DNA from: Akkermansia muciniphila
GTDB taxonomy: Bacteria; Verrucomicrobiota; Verrucomicrobiia; Limisphaerales; SIAT01
Direction of reading: 5' to 3'
DNA: 64,000 nt
Assembly: GCA_945900775.1 (NCBI GenBank)
Contig: CAMDJP010000008.1
Span: forward strand, 5,296 to 69,295
Part shown: positions 25,539 to 35,000 of the stretch, in pieces
Numbering within the stretch: position 1 is the first letter of the stretch
Layout: every line of letters begins with the position of its first letter
Program-made: the position numbers and the translations under genes
The notes under the pieces: generated by a model
Told to the model about the DNA's origin: nothing
The model's database searches: none
Seen by the model: only the letters and a program-made list of their open reading frames with translations

Positions 25539-27191
25539 ATGGACGCAAACCAACAAATCTCCATCGAGAGCAAGCTCCAATGGGCTTGGCGCCAGGAGCG
25601 CCGCTTCATCAACATCCGCGGCGCGTTCCGCGTTTTGATTTGGCTCATCGGCCTGCTCGCGATCAGCTTCATCATTGATTGGGGTCTCTTCGTCAAAGCC
25701 GGCCTGCGCGCCAATTTGGGCATCGTGCTGCTCGTCGTCAACGGTGGCATTATTGCTTGGGCCGTTTGGTACGAGTGGCGGCGCCACCTCAAGCCTTTTG
25801 ACGCCGTCGACGTTTCGTTGGCGGTCGAGAGACGTCACAGTGGTCTTAACTCCCTCTTCGTTTCCTATGCGCAGTTGGATCCGTCCAAGGCGGATAAGAC
25901 CACGGTCTCCACGGAATTAATCGGGGCGATGCGCGATGAGGCCGTCGTGCAAGCGCGTTCGCTCGACTTTCGCGAGATCGTGGATTTCGGCCAGATCAAG
26001 AAGCTCATCCTCGTCGGCGCGGGCGTGTTTCTCCTGTTCTCCGCCCTCTCCTTCATCTGGAGTGATCACGTCGGCGTCTTTTTCAAGCGTCTGGCCGGTT
26101 CCGATGTCCGCTACCCGACGCAGACGCAGCTCAAGAGCGTTTCAGGCGACCTGACCGTGCGCGTCGGTGACATCGCCATCATTAAAGCCGAGGCCGGCGG
26201 TGCCCTGCCACCGGAAGGGCGCCTTTTCACACGGCCAGTCGGCAGCAAAGTTTCCTGGAAAGAACTACCGATGAAGTCGGACGAAGACCCGGCGAGCTTC
26301 TCGCGCGAGGTGAAGGGCCTGGTCGGCAATCTCAACTATTATGTGCGCGTCGGGGATGACTGCAGCGAGGAATTTGTCATTCGTGTCATCACCGCCCCGC
26401 AGATCGTGGCCACCAAGGTCACCATCGAATACCCCGGCTACATGAACAAGCCCGCCAACGCCAGCGACCAGCTCAACCTCGAAGTCCCGGAGGGGGCCAA
26501 AGTGCGCTGGAACCTGACCTGCAATCCGGCGGTGAAACGCTGCGAGGTCACCATCGGTGAGCGCACTTTCGACGCCAAACTTGACGCGAGCGGAACCAAG
26601 CTCGAATTCGAACACACCGCTAAGGAAGGCTTCAAATACACCTTCCGCTGGACCGAGCGGGAAAAGGAATTCAATTATGACGATGTGCAATATGCAGTCC
26701 GAGTCGTTCCGGACGGAATTCCGGAAGTGGAACTTCTCCGCCCCACCGCCAACGGGCTCGCCACCGTGAACAAGACCCTCAAGATCACCGCCCGTGCCAG
26801 TGACGACCACGGCCTCGCCAAGGCCTGGCTGCTCTACTCCATCAATGCGGGCAGGGAAGAACGCGTCGAGATTAAGGACTTCCAAGGTGCGCCCGGCCAG
26901 GAGTTCACTCACGATTGGAAGCTGAACAAAGCTATTCCCGAGCTGAAATCCCCGGCCCAGATTGCCATCGCGATCGAAGTCGCCGACCTTCATCCGGACA
27001 GCGCCACTCGCAAGCGCCGCTCCTCGACGCGAGTCCTGACTATTGTCGAACCCGAGGCCTATCTGGAGTGGTACCGCGCGGAACTGGCGGCCCAGGCCGA
27101 GGAGTTGAAACGCTCGCGCGACTCTGAAATAGCCTCCTCCACGCAGGTCAAAGCAATCAAAAACCAGGAAACCGACCCTAAACAAAAGTGA
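25539..27191 (+). CDS. Two-TM membrane protein, beta-rich periplasmic region (tentatively the N-terminal half of a DUF4175-like architecture)
   Basis: 550 aa with hydrophobic helices at VLIWLIGLLAISFIIDWGLF and LGIVLLVVNGGIIAWAVWY. The rest is beta-rich. The stop overlaps the next start (GTGA). The family assignment is from memory only. Confidence 0.65.
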   Translation: MDANQQISIESKLQWAWRQERRFINIRGAFRVLIWLIGLLAISFIIDWGLFVKAGLRANLGIVLLVVNGGIIAWAVWYEWRRHLKPFDAVDVSLAVERRHSGLNSLFVSYAQLDPSKADKTTVSTELIGAMRDEAVVQARSLDFREIVDFGQIKKLILVGAGVFLLFSALSFIWSDHVGVFFKRLAGSDVRYPTQTQLKSVSGDLTVRVGDIAIIKAEAGGALPPEGRLFTRPVGSKVSWKELPMKSDEDPASFSREVKGLVGNLNYYVRVGDDCSEEFVIRVITAPQIVATKVTIEYPGYMNKPANASDQLNLEVPEGAKVRWNLTCNPAVKRCEVTIGERTFDAKLDASGTKLEFEHTAKEGFKYTFRWTEREKEFNYDDVQYAVRVVPDGIPEVELLRPTANGLATVNKTLKITARASDDHGLAKAWLLYSINAGREERVEIKDFQGAPGQEFTHDWKLNKAIPELKSPAQIAIAIEVADLHPDSATRKRRSSTRVLTIVEPEAYLEWYRAELAAQAEELKRSRDSEIASSTQVKAIKNQETDPKQK

Positions 27192-28918
27192 GAACCTCTA
27201 TGAGACATTTCAATAGCCATGTCCGGTTCCTAATTATGGCGCTGGCCATGTCCGTCTTGCTGGTCGAGACGGTCCGTGCTCAGAAGGAAGCCGCGCCCGC
27301 TGCACCTGTCGCCGTTGCACCTGCTGAGGTCAAAGGCGTGGACGACATCCTGCTCACCGGCGAACGCCTGTTCAATGAAGAGCGACGCCAAATGGATGTC
27401 TCGCGCCGACTGACGGGCGTCTATCGCCGTTTCGCCTTGCTGCTGGACGATCTGCAATCCAACGAACTCAGCGAAGAAGGCGGAGCCGTGACGCTCGTCA
27501 AGACCGCGAAAGGCGTTGAAACCCTGCGCACCGGACGGTTGCCCGTGGCCACCGACCATTTGCGCAAGGCGCGCGGCGACCTCGGAAAAGCCCTGCCGCA
27601 CGTTGATGGCGCCGACAAGGAAATCGTGGCCATCGTCGCGGACCTCAACAAGATCATCGAGGGAGCCAACTCCATTCTGGCCGACGACCGCCTGCTCAAG
27701 GAAATCCGCGAGATCATCAAGACCGAGGAATTCCTGCGCCGCCAGACGGCCGAGTGGGGCAAAAAACTCATCCTGAAACCCGAAGCCGGCACCCTCGACC
27801 AGGGCCGAGTTTCGCGCGCCCAGCAAGGCGTCATTGAGCGTTACGTCCAGTTTTTCGAGATGCTGACCACGGCGCGCAAGCAGGCGGTTGATCAGGAACT
27901 GGGCGCCCGTTTGGGCAAGACCGAGCAGGTTCTGGTCGAAGGTAAGCCGGACGCCAGACTGGCCGCGGCCATTGACCAAGTCACTCAGAACAAGGCGATT
28001 GGTGCGGTGGGTGCGCAGGATCAAGCCCTCGTCATCCTGCGGAAAGCGGAGAAAATTCTCTCGGAAGAAGTCACGTCCGACCTCGTGAGCGAACTGGCCC
28101 GCATCTTGGCCGCCGAAAAGGATCTCTACCAGGACACCAAGCAGGCGGAGCCTGCGGTGTTTCAGACCGAGAAATCGCAATTCGAAGCGCGCCAGATCGG
28201 GGTCGGCACGATGCTCGAAAACGCCATCAAGAATTTCGTCCCCAGCCTGGCCGAAAAGCTATTCCCACCCGCCACGCCGCCGGCAACTCCCACTCCGCTG
28301 ACGACTTTCACGGTGCAGCCCGTTTCCACCGAACTCGCCACATCGCTCACCGACGCGACCAAAGCCGTGGCTGTCGCTGTCACCGAATTGAATGCCGGCA
28401 AACATGCTCCGGCAGTGGCTGCGGAACTTGCCGTCATCACAGCCCTCGAAAAAGCCCTCGCCCTAGCGAAAGTGGAACTTGGAACCGAAGTGCCCCCCGT
28501 CGAGATTGGTGAAATCACCCTGGCGAATGCTGGCGAAGGTGCTGGCGAAGGTGCTGGCGAAGGTGCTGGCGAAGGTACAGGCGAAGGTACAGGCGAAGGT
28601 ACAGGCGAAGGACAAGGACAGGGACAAGGACAGGGACAAGGACAAGGACAAGGACAGGGACAAGGCAAAGGGAAAGGCGCAGCCAGAGGCAAGGGAATCC
28701 CGCCCAAGTTCGCGGGCGACCCGCCGGATCTCGCAGAAAGTTACGCCGATGGGAAAACGGAAATTGACGGACGAGGCGGGGATGTGAATCGCAAAGGTCA
28801 CATGCTCGACTCGCTCTCGCGCCGCAATCGTTCGGCGGCCATCCAAAACTACATCCAGCAACTGCCTCCCGAATTCCGGCAACAAGTCGCTGAATACTTC
28901 GAAACACTCGCCGAATGA
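27188..28918 (+). CDS. Secreted alpha-helical protein with G/E/Q low-complexity tract (tentatively the C-terminal half of a DUF4175-like architecture)
   Basis: 576 aa from the GTG at 27188 (alternative ATG at 27200). Signal-like FLIMALAMSVLLVETVRAQ. Long helical regions are followed by the tract GEGAGEGAGEGAGEGTGEGTGEGTGEGQGQGQGQGQGQGQGQGKGKG. The C-terminus reads ...YIQQLPPEFRQQVAEYFETLAE. Confidence 0.65.
   Translation: MRTSMRHFNSHVRFLIMALAMSVLLVETVRAQKEAAPAAPVAVAPAEVKGVDDILLTGERLFNEERRQMDVSRRLTGVYRRFALLLDDLQSNELSEEGGAVTLVKTAKGVETLRTGRLPVATDHLRKARGDLGKALPHVDGADKEIVAIVADLNKIIEGANSILADDRLLKEIREIIKTEEFLRRQTAEWGKKLILKPEAGTLDQGRVSRAQQGVIERYVQFFEMLTTARKQAVDQELGARLGKTEQVLVEGKPDARLAAAIDQVTQNKAIGAVGAQDQALVILRKAEKILSEEVTSDLVSELARILAAEKDLYQDTKQAEPAVFQTEKSQFEARQIGVGTMLENAIKNFVPSLAEKLFPPATPPATPTPLTTFTVQPVSTELATSLTDATKAVAVAVTELNAGKHAPAVAAELAVITALEKALALAKVELGTEVPPVEIGEITLANAGEGAGEGAGEGAGEGTGEGTGEGTGEGQGQGQGQGQGQGQGQGQGKGKGAARGKGIPPKFAGDPPDLAESYADGKTEIDGRGGDVNRKGHMLDSLSRRNRSAAIQNYIQQLPPEFRQQVAEYFETLAE
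28522..28676. repeat. In-frame tandem repeats (12-bp and 6-bp units) inside the 27188-28918 CDS
   Basis: GGCGAAGGTGCT about 3-4 times, GGCGAAGGTACA 3 times, then about ten GGACAA/GGACAG hexamers. These encode the GEGA/GEGT/GQ repeats. Confidence 0.9.
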
Positions 28919-29973
28919 AACAGTATCCACTCACCAAAATCCTCGTCGCAATCTTGGCGGCTGTGGTTTTCATCGCCGCCCCCGTCCAGTCGGTCCGGGC
29001 GCAGAGCCAAGAAGCCGGCGAGCAAATCGTGGGCGTGGCGCGCCTAACCCCGGAAGTCCGTGCCGCGATTACCAAGGGCTTGGATTATCTCGCCAAGGAG
29101 GGTGTGCAGAAAGCCGATGGGAGCTGGGGCAGTGGACAGAATGACGTGGCGGAGACGTCGCTCGGTCTCATGGCTTTTATGCTGAAAGGCTATGTTCCGG
29201 GCCGCGGTGGTCGTTACGGCGTAGTCATGGAAAACGCCGTCACCTATCTCATCAACAAAGGCAAGAGCCAGCGGGGATTCTTGGGGACTCCCAATAATCA
29301 CGCCGGCATGTATGAGCACGGTTTGGCTGTCCTTGCCCTGTCCGAAGCGTGGGGCCAAAGTAAGAATCCGGCCGTGGGTGTCGCCCTGCGCGCCGGCGTG
29401 GACATCATTCTCCGAGCCCAAAGCACCCTCGGTGGCTGGCGCTACTCGCCCGAGCCGTCGGACGCGGATCTTTCGATGACTGTCATGCAATTGGTGGCGC
29501 TCAATTCCGCACATGAGTCCGGTATCCAAGTTCCTACCGCCACCATTGAAAAGGCGGTCAAATACGTGATCTCCTGCCAGGAAGAGGGCAGTGGTGGGTT
29601 CCGCTATATGCCAGGGAGCGGCGAGGTTGGTTTCGCGCGCACCGCCGCCGGGGTGATGTCCCTCATTATGACGGGTCAACGCAACCACAAGTCTACCCAG
29701 CGCGGACTGGCTTTCCTGAAAGCCTACCCGAACAAGAAGTTTGAGAAAGGCTACCCTCGATTCCACTACGCTCACTACTATGCCATTCAGGCGATTTATC
29801 AGTCGGGCGAAACGGACTTTCAAAATTGGTATCCTAAAATCGCCACCACCGTTGTCTCCATGCAAGAGCAGGACGGGAGCTGGAGTGGGGAAGGCGGCAA
29901 AGCCTATGCCACAGGGGCCTCAATCCTCATTATCGGCGTGCCCTACCGCTTCCTGCCTATCTACCAGCGTTAG
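28915..29973 (+). CDS. Secreted prenyltransferase/squalene-cyclase-repeat (alpha/alpha-toroid) protein
   Basis: 352 aa with signal peptide ILVAILAAVVFIAAPVQSVRAQ. Terpenoid-cyclase-type repeats recur: DGSWGSG, LGGWRYSP, SGGFRYMP, DGSWSGEGG. It is too short for a true squalene-hopene cyclase and has no DxDD motif. The ATGA overlaps the upstream stop. Confidence 0.8.
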   Translation: MKQYPLTKILVAILAAVVFIAAPVQSVRAQSQEAGEQIVGVARLTPEVRAAITKGLDYLAKEGVQKADGSWGSGQNDVAETSLGLMAFMLKGYVPGRGGRYGVVMENAVTYLINKGKSQRGFLGTPNNHAGMYEHGLAVLALSEAWGQSKNPAVGVALRAGVDIILRAQSTLGGWRYSPEPSDADLSMTVMQLVALNSAHESGIQVPTATIEKAVKYVISCQEEGSGGFRYMPGSGEVGFARTAAGVMSLIMTGQRNHKSTQRGLAFLKAYPNKKFEKGYPRFHYAHYYAIQAIYQSGETDFQNWYPKIATTVVSMQEQDGSWSGEGGKAYATGASILIIGVPYRFLPIYQR

Positions 29974-30099
29974 CGTTGCGCGCCAGGCGATTGCCTGTAG
30001 CACCGAATACGTACTAATGACCATCCCATTTACCATTCGATGTCTGTCAAAGCGCAAGTCCTAGCCAGCGGATCATTTCTGTTGCGGCACAATTTCCTG

Positions 30100-32037
30100 A
30101 TGTTTCCTCGGCTCAAGCTGTTTCTGCTCGCCGCCTTGCTGGCTGGCTGCACCCTTTCCTCCGCTGCATCTGCGCCTGCTCCCCTAGGAACCGGGCGCAT
30201 GCTCCAGCAACTCGAATCCGACGATTGGATTCTTCAGGCCGAGGCCCTGCATTACTTTGCGAAATACCGCGTCATGGACGGTGCCCGCGCCACCCGCGCC
30301 CTGCTGGCCAATGAAAAGGCCAGCCCGTGGATCCGCGGACGCGCCCTCGTGACCTTGTCCGCGCTCGAAAACAAAGTGGTCCCCGCCGAGTTCCAAAAAT
30401 GGATGGAGCACGCCCGGCCAGAACTCCGGGCCGCCGCCGCCGAAGTGCTGGAAGTCGGGGGCGGCGACCAGGCCGCCGCATGGCTACAAACTCTCCTCAA
30501 GGACAAGGACGACAGCGTTCGTTATCAGGCTGCCGCGGCGCTCGCCCGGCGCTCGAAGGAAGCCGCCTGGGCGATGGTGGATTCGCTCACCGCCGAGGGG
30601 ACTACCGGTCCGGCCCGCCTCGCCGCCCGCACGCTTGCGTGGACCGGCACCGATGCGGCCCTCCAGCGCCTCGGCGCACTCATGGCCAAGCCCGATCAGC
30701 TTTCGAAATGCCTCCAGGGCATTCGCGACATTCCATCCTCCAAACTCGTCCCACTCATTCTCACGGCCTCCACTCGCCTCCCGGAGGGTGAGGAGCGGTT
30801 ACACGGCCTGATTCTGACCGACCTCCAGAATCGCGACAAAAAAGATCTGGTCACCGGGCTGGGCAAATTCATCGAGGCGGGCGGCGACCAGAACATTCGC
30901 ACGGCGGCGCGGATCATCACTCTGCTCGTGCCGGCACCCGAATTGGGCGTGCTGCTGCGCACCGCCCTCACGAAGGCCACGGACACCAGAACCATCGAGG
31001 CGGGAATGATCGCCCTCGGAATTCCCGCCATCGAGCCGGTGCGGCACGTCGAGTATTTCACCCAGCAACTCGGGCACGCCGATCCGGCCATCCGCGCACT
31101 GGCCATCCGCTGCCTCGCGCACTGCGAGGGCTTGAATCTTTTCGAAATCCTCAAGCCCAAGATGGCCGATGAGAATGTCCCGGTGGTCAGTGCGGCGCTG
31201 GGCGCCCTTTTGCGCAGCCCGCCGGCGAACGCTCCCCGCGGGACGCTCGTCACCTACCTCAAGGCACCGCTCAGCAGCACTGACAACACCGTCCGCACCC
31301 TCGCGAACGACGTGCTCGCCCATGCTGGGAGTTCCGAGGACTACAAGCCGGCCCTGGCCACTCTCGCCAGCCTGCTCCGCGGAAGAGACGATGATCTACG
31401 CGCCTCCGCTGCCAAGGCCTTGGGACAACTGGCCCCGTCCGGGGAGATCGGGGACCTGGTCTCGATGCAGGGCTACCTGCCCAAATGGACAATCATTGGC
31501 ACCTTCCTCAACGACGATAAGAACAGCGGATTTAAAGAGGTTTTTCCGCCGGAAAAGGCCATTGATTTCGACGCAAAATATCAATCCAAGTTCGTGTGGG
31601 CTGGCGTGCAGGGCGGAGTGGAGGGAAGCGACAGCAAGCCTATCGAGCGGGAGATTGCGTGGTCTAAAGTGAACGTGGATCAGGCCGATGGCCGCCTGCT
31701 CATGGCCGCGAATCTTCCTCCGCCCGGCTCGCTGTCCATCGGCTATGCGGTCTCCGATGTGACCGTGGACAAGGCGCGCGAGGTCATGCTCACCATCGAT
31801 GGCGACGACGGTTTCCGGGTCTGGGTCAACGGCGCGGTGATCGGCGAACAAATGGCCGTGCCCGATCCCAAGACCCGGCGCACCGTAGCCACCATGCCCG
31901 GCGTGAAGGTGCAGCTCAAGCAGGGCTCCAACCGTTTCTTCGTCAAATCCTCCAACATCACCGGCCCATGGTGGGTGCGCATCCGGGTCGCGGATGCCGA
32001 AGGGAACCCCGTGGATTTTCGCGCCCCCAAGCCATGA
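30100..32037 (+). CDS. HEAT-repeat lipoprotein with C-terminal jelly-roll (galactose-binding-like) domain
   Basis: The ATG at 30100 gives MFPRLKLFLLAALLAGC with lipobox LAGC (the track start at 30040 is less likely). Multiple HEAT-like repeats are present (...RGRALVTLSAL..., ...VRYQAAAALARR..., ...PAIRALAIRCLAH...). The C-terminal segment reads WTIIGTF...DDGFRVWVNGAVIGE...GSNRFFVKSSN...WWVRIRV. Confidence 0.75.
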   Translation: MFPRLKLFLLAALLAGCTLSSAASAPAPLGTGRMLQQLESDDWILQAEALHYFAKYRVMDGARATRALLANEKASPWIRGRALVTLSALENKVVPAEFQKWMEHARPELRAAAAEVLEVGGGDQAAAWLQTLLKDKDDSVRYQAAAALARRSKEAAWAMVDSLTAEGTTGPARLAARTLAWTGTDAALQRLGALMAKPDQLSKCLQGIRDIPSSKLVPLILTASTRLPEGEERLHGLILTDLQNRDKKDLVTGLGKFIEAGGDQNIRTAARIITLLVPAPELGVLLRTALTKATDTRTIEAGMIALGIPAIEPVRHVEYFTQQLGHADPAIRALAIRCLAHCEGLNLFEILKPKMADENVPVVSAALGALLRSPPANAPRGTLVTYLKAPLSSTDNTVRTLANDVLAHAGSSEDYKPALATLASLLRGRDDDLRASAAKALGQLAPSGEIGDLVSMQGYLPKWTIIGTFLNDDKNSGFKEVFPPEKAIDFDAKYQSKFVWAGVQGGVEGSDSKPIEREIAWSKVNVDQADGRLLMAANLPPPGSLSIGYAVSDVTVDKAREVMLTIDGDDGFRVWVNGAVIGEQMAVPDPKTRRTVATMPGVKVQLKQGSNRFFVKSSNITGPWWVRIRVADAEGNPVDFRAPKP

Positions 32038-35000
32038 GCGCGCGGGGTCATCTACTCGTTCTCCTCTCGGTTTTGTCAGGGACGCTCGCCGCCCTGGCGG
32101 AGCCGCCCCCCAAGGACCCGCGGTGGGAGCAGGCGCAGAAGGCTTACAACGAAGGTTTCTCCGACGAAGGGCACCGGCTTCTCAAAGCCCTCATCGCCGA
32201 CCACCCCGGCGATGTCGATCTGGCCGCGGCCTGCTACGAGAAGATTTTTGACCAGGAATATCGGATCCTCCCAAAACATGTGCCGATCAAAACTCAGGGC
32301 CAGCCCATGCACAGTCACTGGCATGCCACCGCCCACTACACGGGGGTCAACTCCAATATGCAGATTCCGCCCGCTGTGGAACGCATCCTGGCGCTCGAGC
32401 GGCTCGGCGCGCTTTCAGCCCATACGGCTTTCCTCCGCACGGTCGGCGGCGCCTGCCTCGAGGGCGGCCTCAACCGGCGCGCCTATCTGGAACTGGGCCA
32501 GATGCTCACCCGCCTGAGAAGCGAAAACCCTCGCGACCCATTCTGGCTGATAATGGAAGCGCACGCGCTCAGCATCATGATGCGCCCCGAAGCCGGGAAG
32601 CTCCTCAATGAACTCCGGAAGCGTATCGATCTCGATCATACCGACGATGGCCTTCGCAGCGACTGGATGGTGGCCGACGCTCTTCTCTCACACGGCATGG
32701 CACAACCCGTCATGGCAAAGCCTGCCGTGCCGGAGGGAAGTCCGCTCCCTGCGCTGGCGCCTGTCAATCCCGACGATCCGGAGGATCCCTGGCGCAAGGT
32801 GTTGGATCGCTCCCCGAAAGATATTCCCGGCGAGGTGGACCGACTCATCGCGCTCGCCACGGCTTCCCGGGATTTATTGATGTGGGTGAATACGGATGGC
32901 GGCGGACTGCTTCCCACCCGCGCGCTTGATCTCCACCTGCTCAGCAAACCCTCCGCCGAACTCGAAGCGCTGCGCAAGCTGCAGGAAACACTCGTTTCCC
33001 CCGAAGCGCAGGCCGCCGCCCGCACCGAGGCGGACATCCTCAAATTGACCCGCCGCTACCCCTGGGCGCGCTCCGGTCAGGTGCTCCTGCTGAAAATCGC
33101 CAACGAGGCCCTCTGGAACGCGCGCTTCGAGTCTGCATGGCGCAGCTTTCACGAAGTGCTCCTCCACACCTCCGACCCCGCGCTCCGCGAAGCCGCGCAA
33201 GTCGGCACCTGGACCGCCCAAGGCCTTTCCGGCGGAGCGGCGGAAGTGCTCGCGCAACCCACCGCCTTTGAGCCCGCCAAGACCTACCCGTGGATGGGAC
33301 GCCCGACCAAGGGTTCGGAAATTCGCGCCGCCCTGCAGGCCATGGTCCCGCCCGTGCCGACGGTCGTCGCTCCCGCGCTCAAGGATGTCCGCCCGCATGT
33401 CGTGCATCTCCCGCCGGTGTCTCCGTGGGTGATCAACGCCCACGCTGAGGGGGGCTATTCCATCGATCTCCAGGTGGCCGGCAAGACACTGCTCGCCACC
33501 GGGCGCAACCTCATCGCCGCCTACGATGCCGCCAAGCCCGGCACCCCGCTCTGGACTCACGCGCAGCAGTTCCCCAGTGAGAAGAATAATCGCTCACCTT
33601 TCCCCGGCTATTACCGCGGTCTCATCAAGGACGGGGCCATGATTACCCGCTTGGGCCAGCACGAGCTGCCGAACGGTCTGGCCGCTTTCAGCCTCGCCAC
33701 CGGCGATCCATTGTGGACGTCGCTCAATGCCGTCGCGAACGGCTTCAGCGGGGAATATCTCAACCATGCCCACCCCATCCCGCTCGGCGATCCGGTCCAG
33801 GCCGACGGCAGACTGTTTTACCTGCAAACGACCGTAACCAGCGGACGGGCTGACGGTCGCCCCGTGTTCAGCCTCGTCTGCTTCGACCCCGCTACCGCAC
33901 AGCCCAGTTGGGCGACCCCGATCATCGACTCCAAAGTGGACGTGGGGAACCTCCAGCACAACTCCTCATTCACCTACGGCAACGCCGTCACCGTCCATCG
34001 TGGCGCGGTTTACAGTTGCTCAAACGTCGGGCACATCGCCCGATCCGACGTGCGCGACGGTCGCGTCGAATGGGCTCACAAGTATGCATACCGCGGCGGC
34101 GACAATGGTGGGCGTGTCGGCAGCAGCCCCGTCATCGCCGGCAGTAATGTCATCTTCCTGCCCCGCAACGCGGAACGCCTCATCGCCCTCGACCAGCGCA
34201 CCGGCGCTCTCGCATGGGAAAATGTCATGTTTCGCGCCTTCGAAGTGCTCGGCCTCTGGCAGGACACCCTCGTCGTGCGCGGGCCCAACCATCTCGCGGG
34301 GCTCGATGTCGCCACCGGGAACGCCCGCTGGCATCGGAGCCTGACCCAGCGCGCCTTCAACCGCGGCCAGCTCATCGCCGATTCCGTTTACCTCGGGCAG
34401 CCCGACGCCCTGCAGCGGCTCGACGCCCGCACCGGCGAGCTGATCGAAAGCCGGCCCTGGGCGCTCCAGCCCGAGCGCGCCCTCAGTTTTACCATCTCCG
34501 GCCAGGACCTCTACATCGCCACGGACCAGCCCCGCGAAGACCCCCGCCAAAAAGTGGGCCAGCCTCCCGGCCCGGAAGTGGCCTCGTCCGCGCAACCGCT
34601 CAAGCTGCCCCTCAAGCGTGCCTGGTCGCTCATGCGCCCGGGTGCCTCCCTCCTGCTCCCGCCCGCCGGAGTCAACCCCGGCACGGCCGTTCTCCTTGGC
34701 GACGGCATGATCGAGTGCCTCGAAGTCAACGAACGTGGTGGCACCCGCTGGCGTCGCTTCCTTGATCTCAAGACCAACCAGCTCCTCGTCCGCTTCATTG
34801 GCAAGAACGGAGAGATACTCATGCTCATGGAACAGGGCGAGTCCCCTGACAATCCCCCGCGTGCCCTCGGCATCGACACCAAGACCGGCGCGACCCTCTG
34901 GCAGACGACCGTCCCTCCCTGGCGCGACCCACCACCCTCCTTTTGTGGCACCGTGATGATCTTCGCCAGCCACGCCCACCACTTGGGCGGCGGGGCAATG

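Noticed and set aside
28522-28676. Short tandem repeats that might be mistaken for a CRISPR-like or other non-coding array.
   Set aside because: The units are 6-12 bp with no spacers, lie in frame inside a long ORF and translate to GEGA/GEGT/GQ. No cas genes are in the window.
28915-29973. Squalene-hopene cyclase or a hopanoid biosynthesis gene.
   Set aside because: It is 352 aa with a signal peptide and no DxDD motif. Only the repeat fold is shared, so I called it a non-catalytic toroid protein instead.
31968-32033. The track's upstream start (31968) for the 1279-aa version of paralog 1.
   Set aside because: It would overlap the HEAT gene by 70 nt and add a non-signal N-terminus. The ATG at 32034 gives an ATGA coupling and a clean signal peptide.
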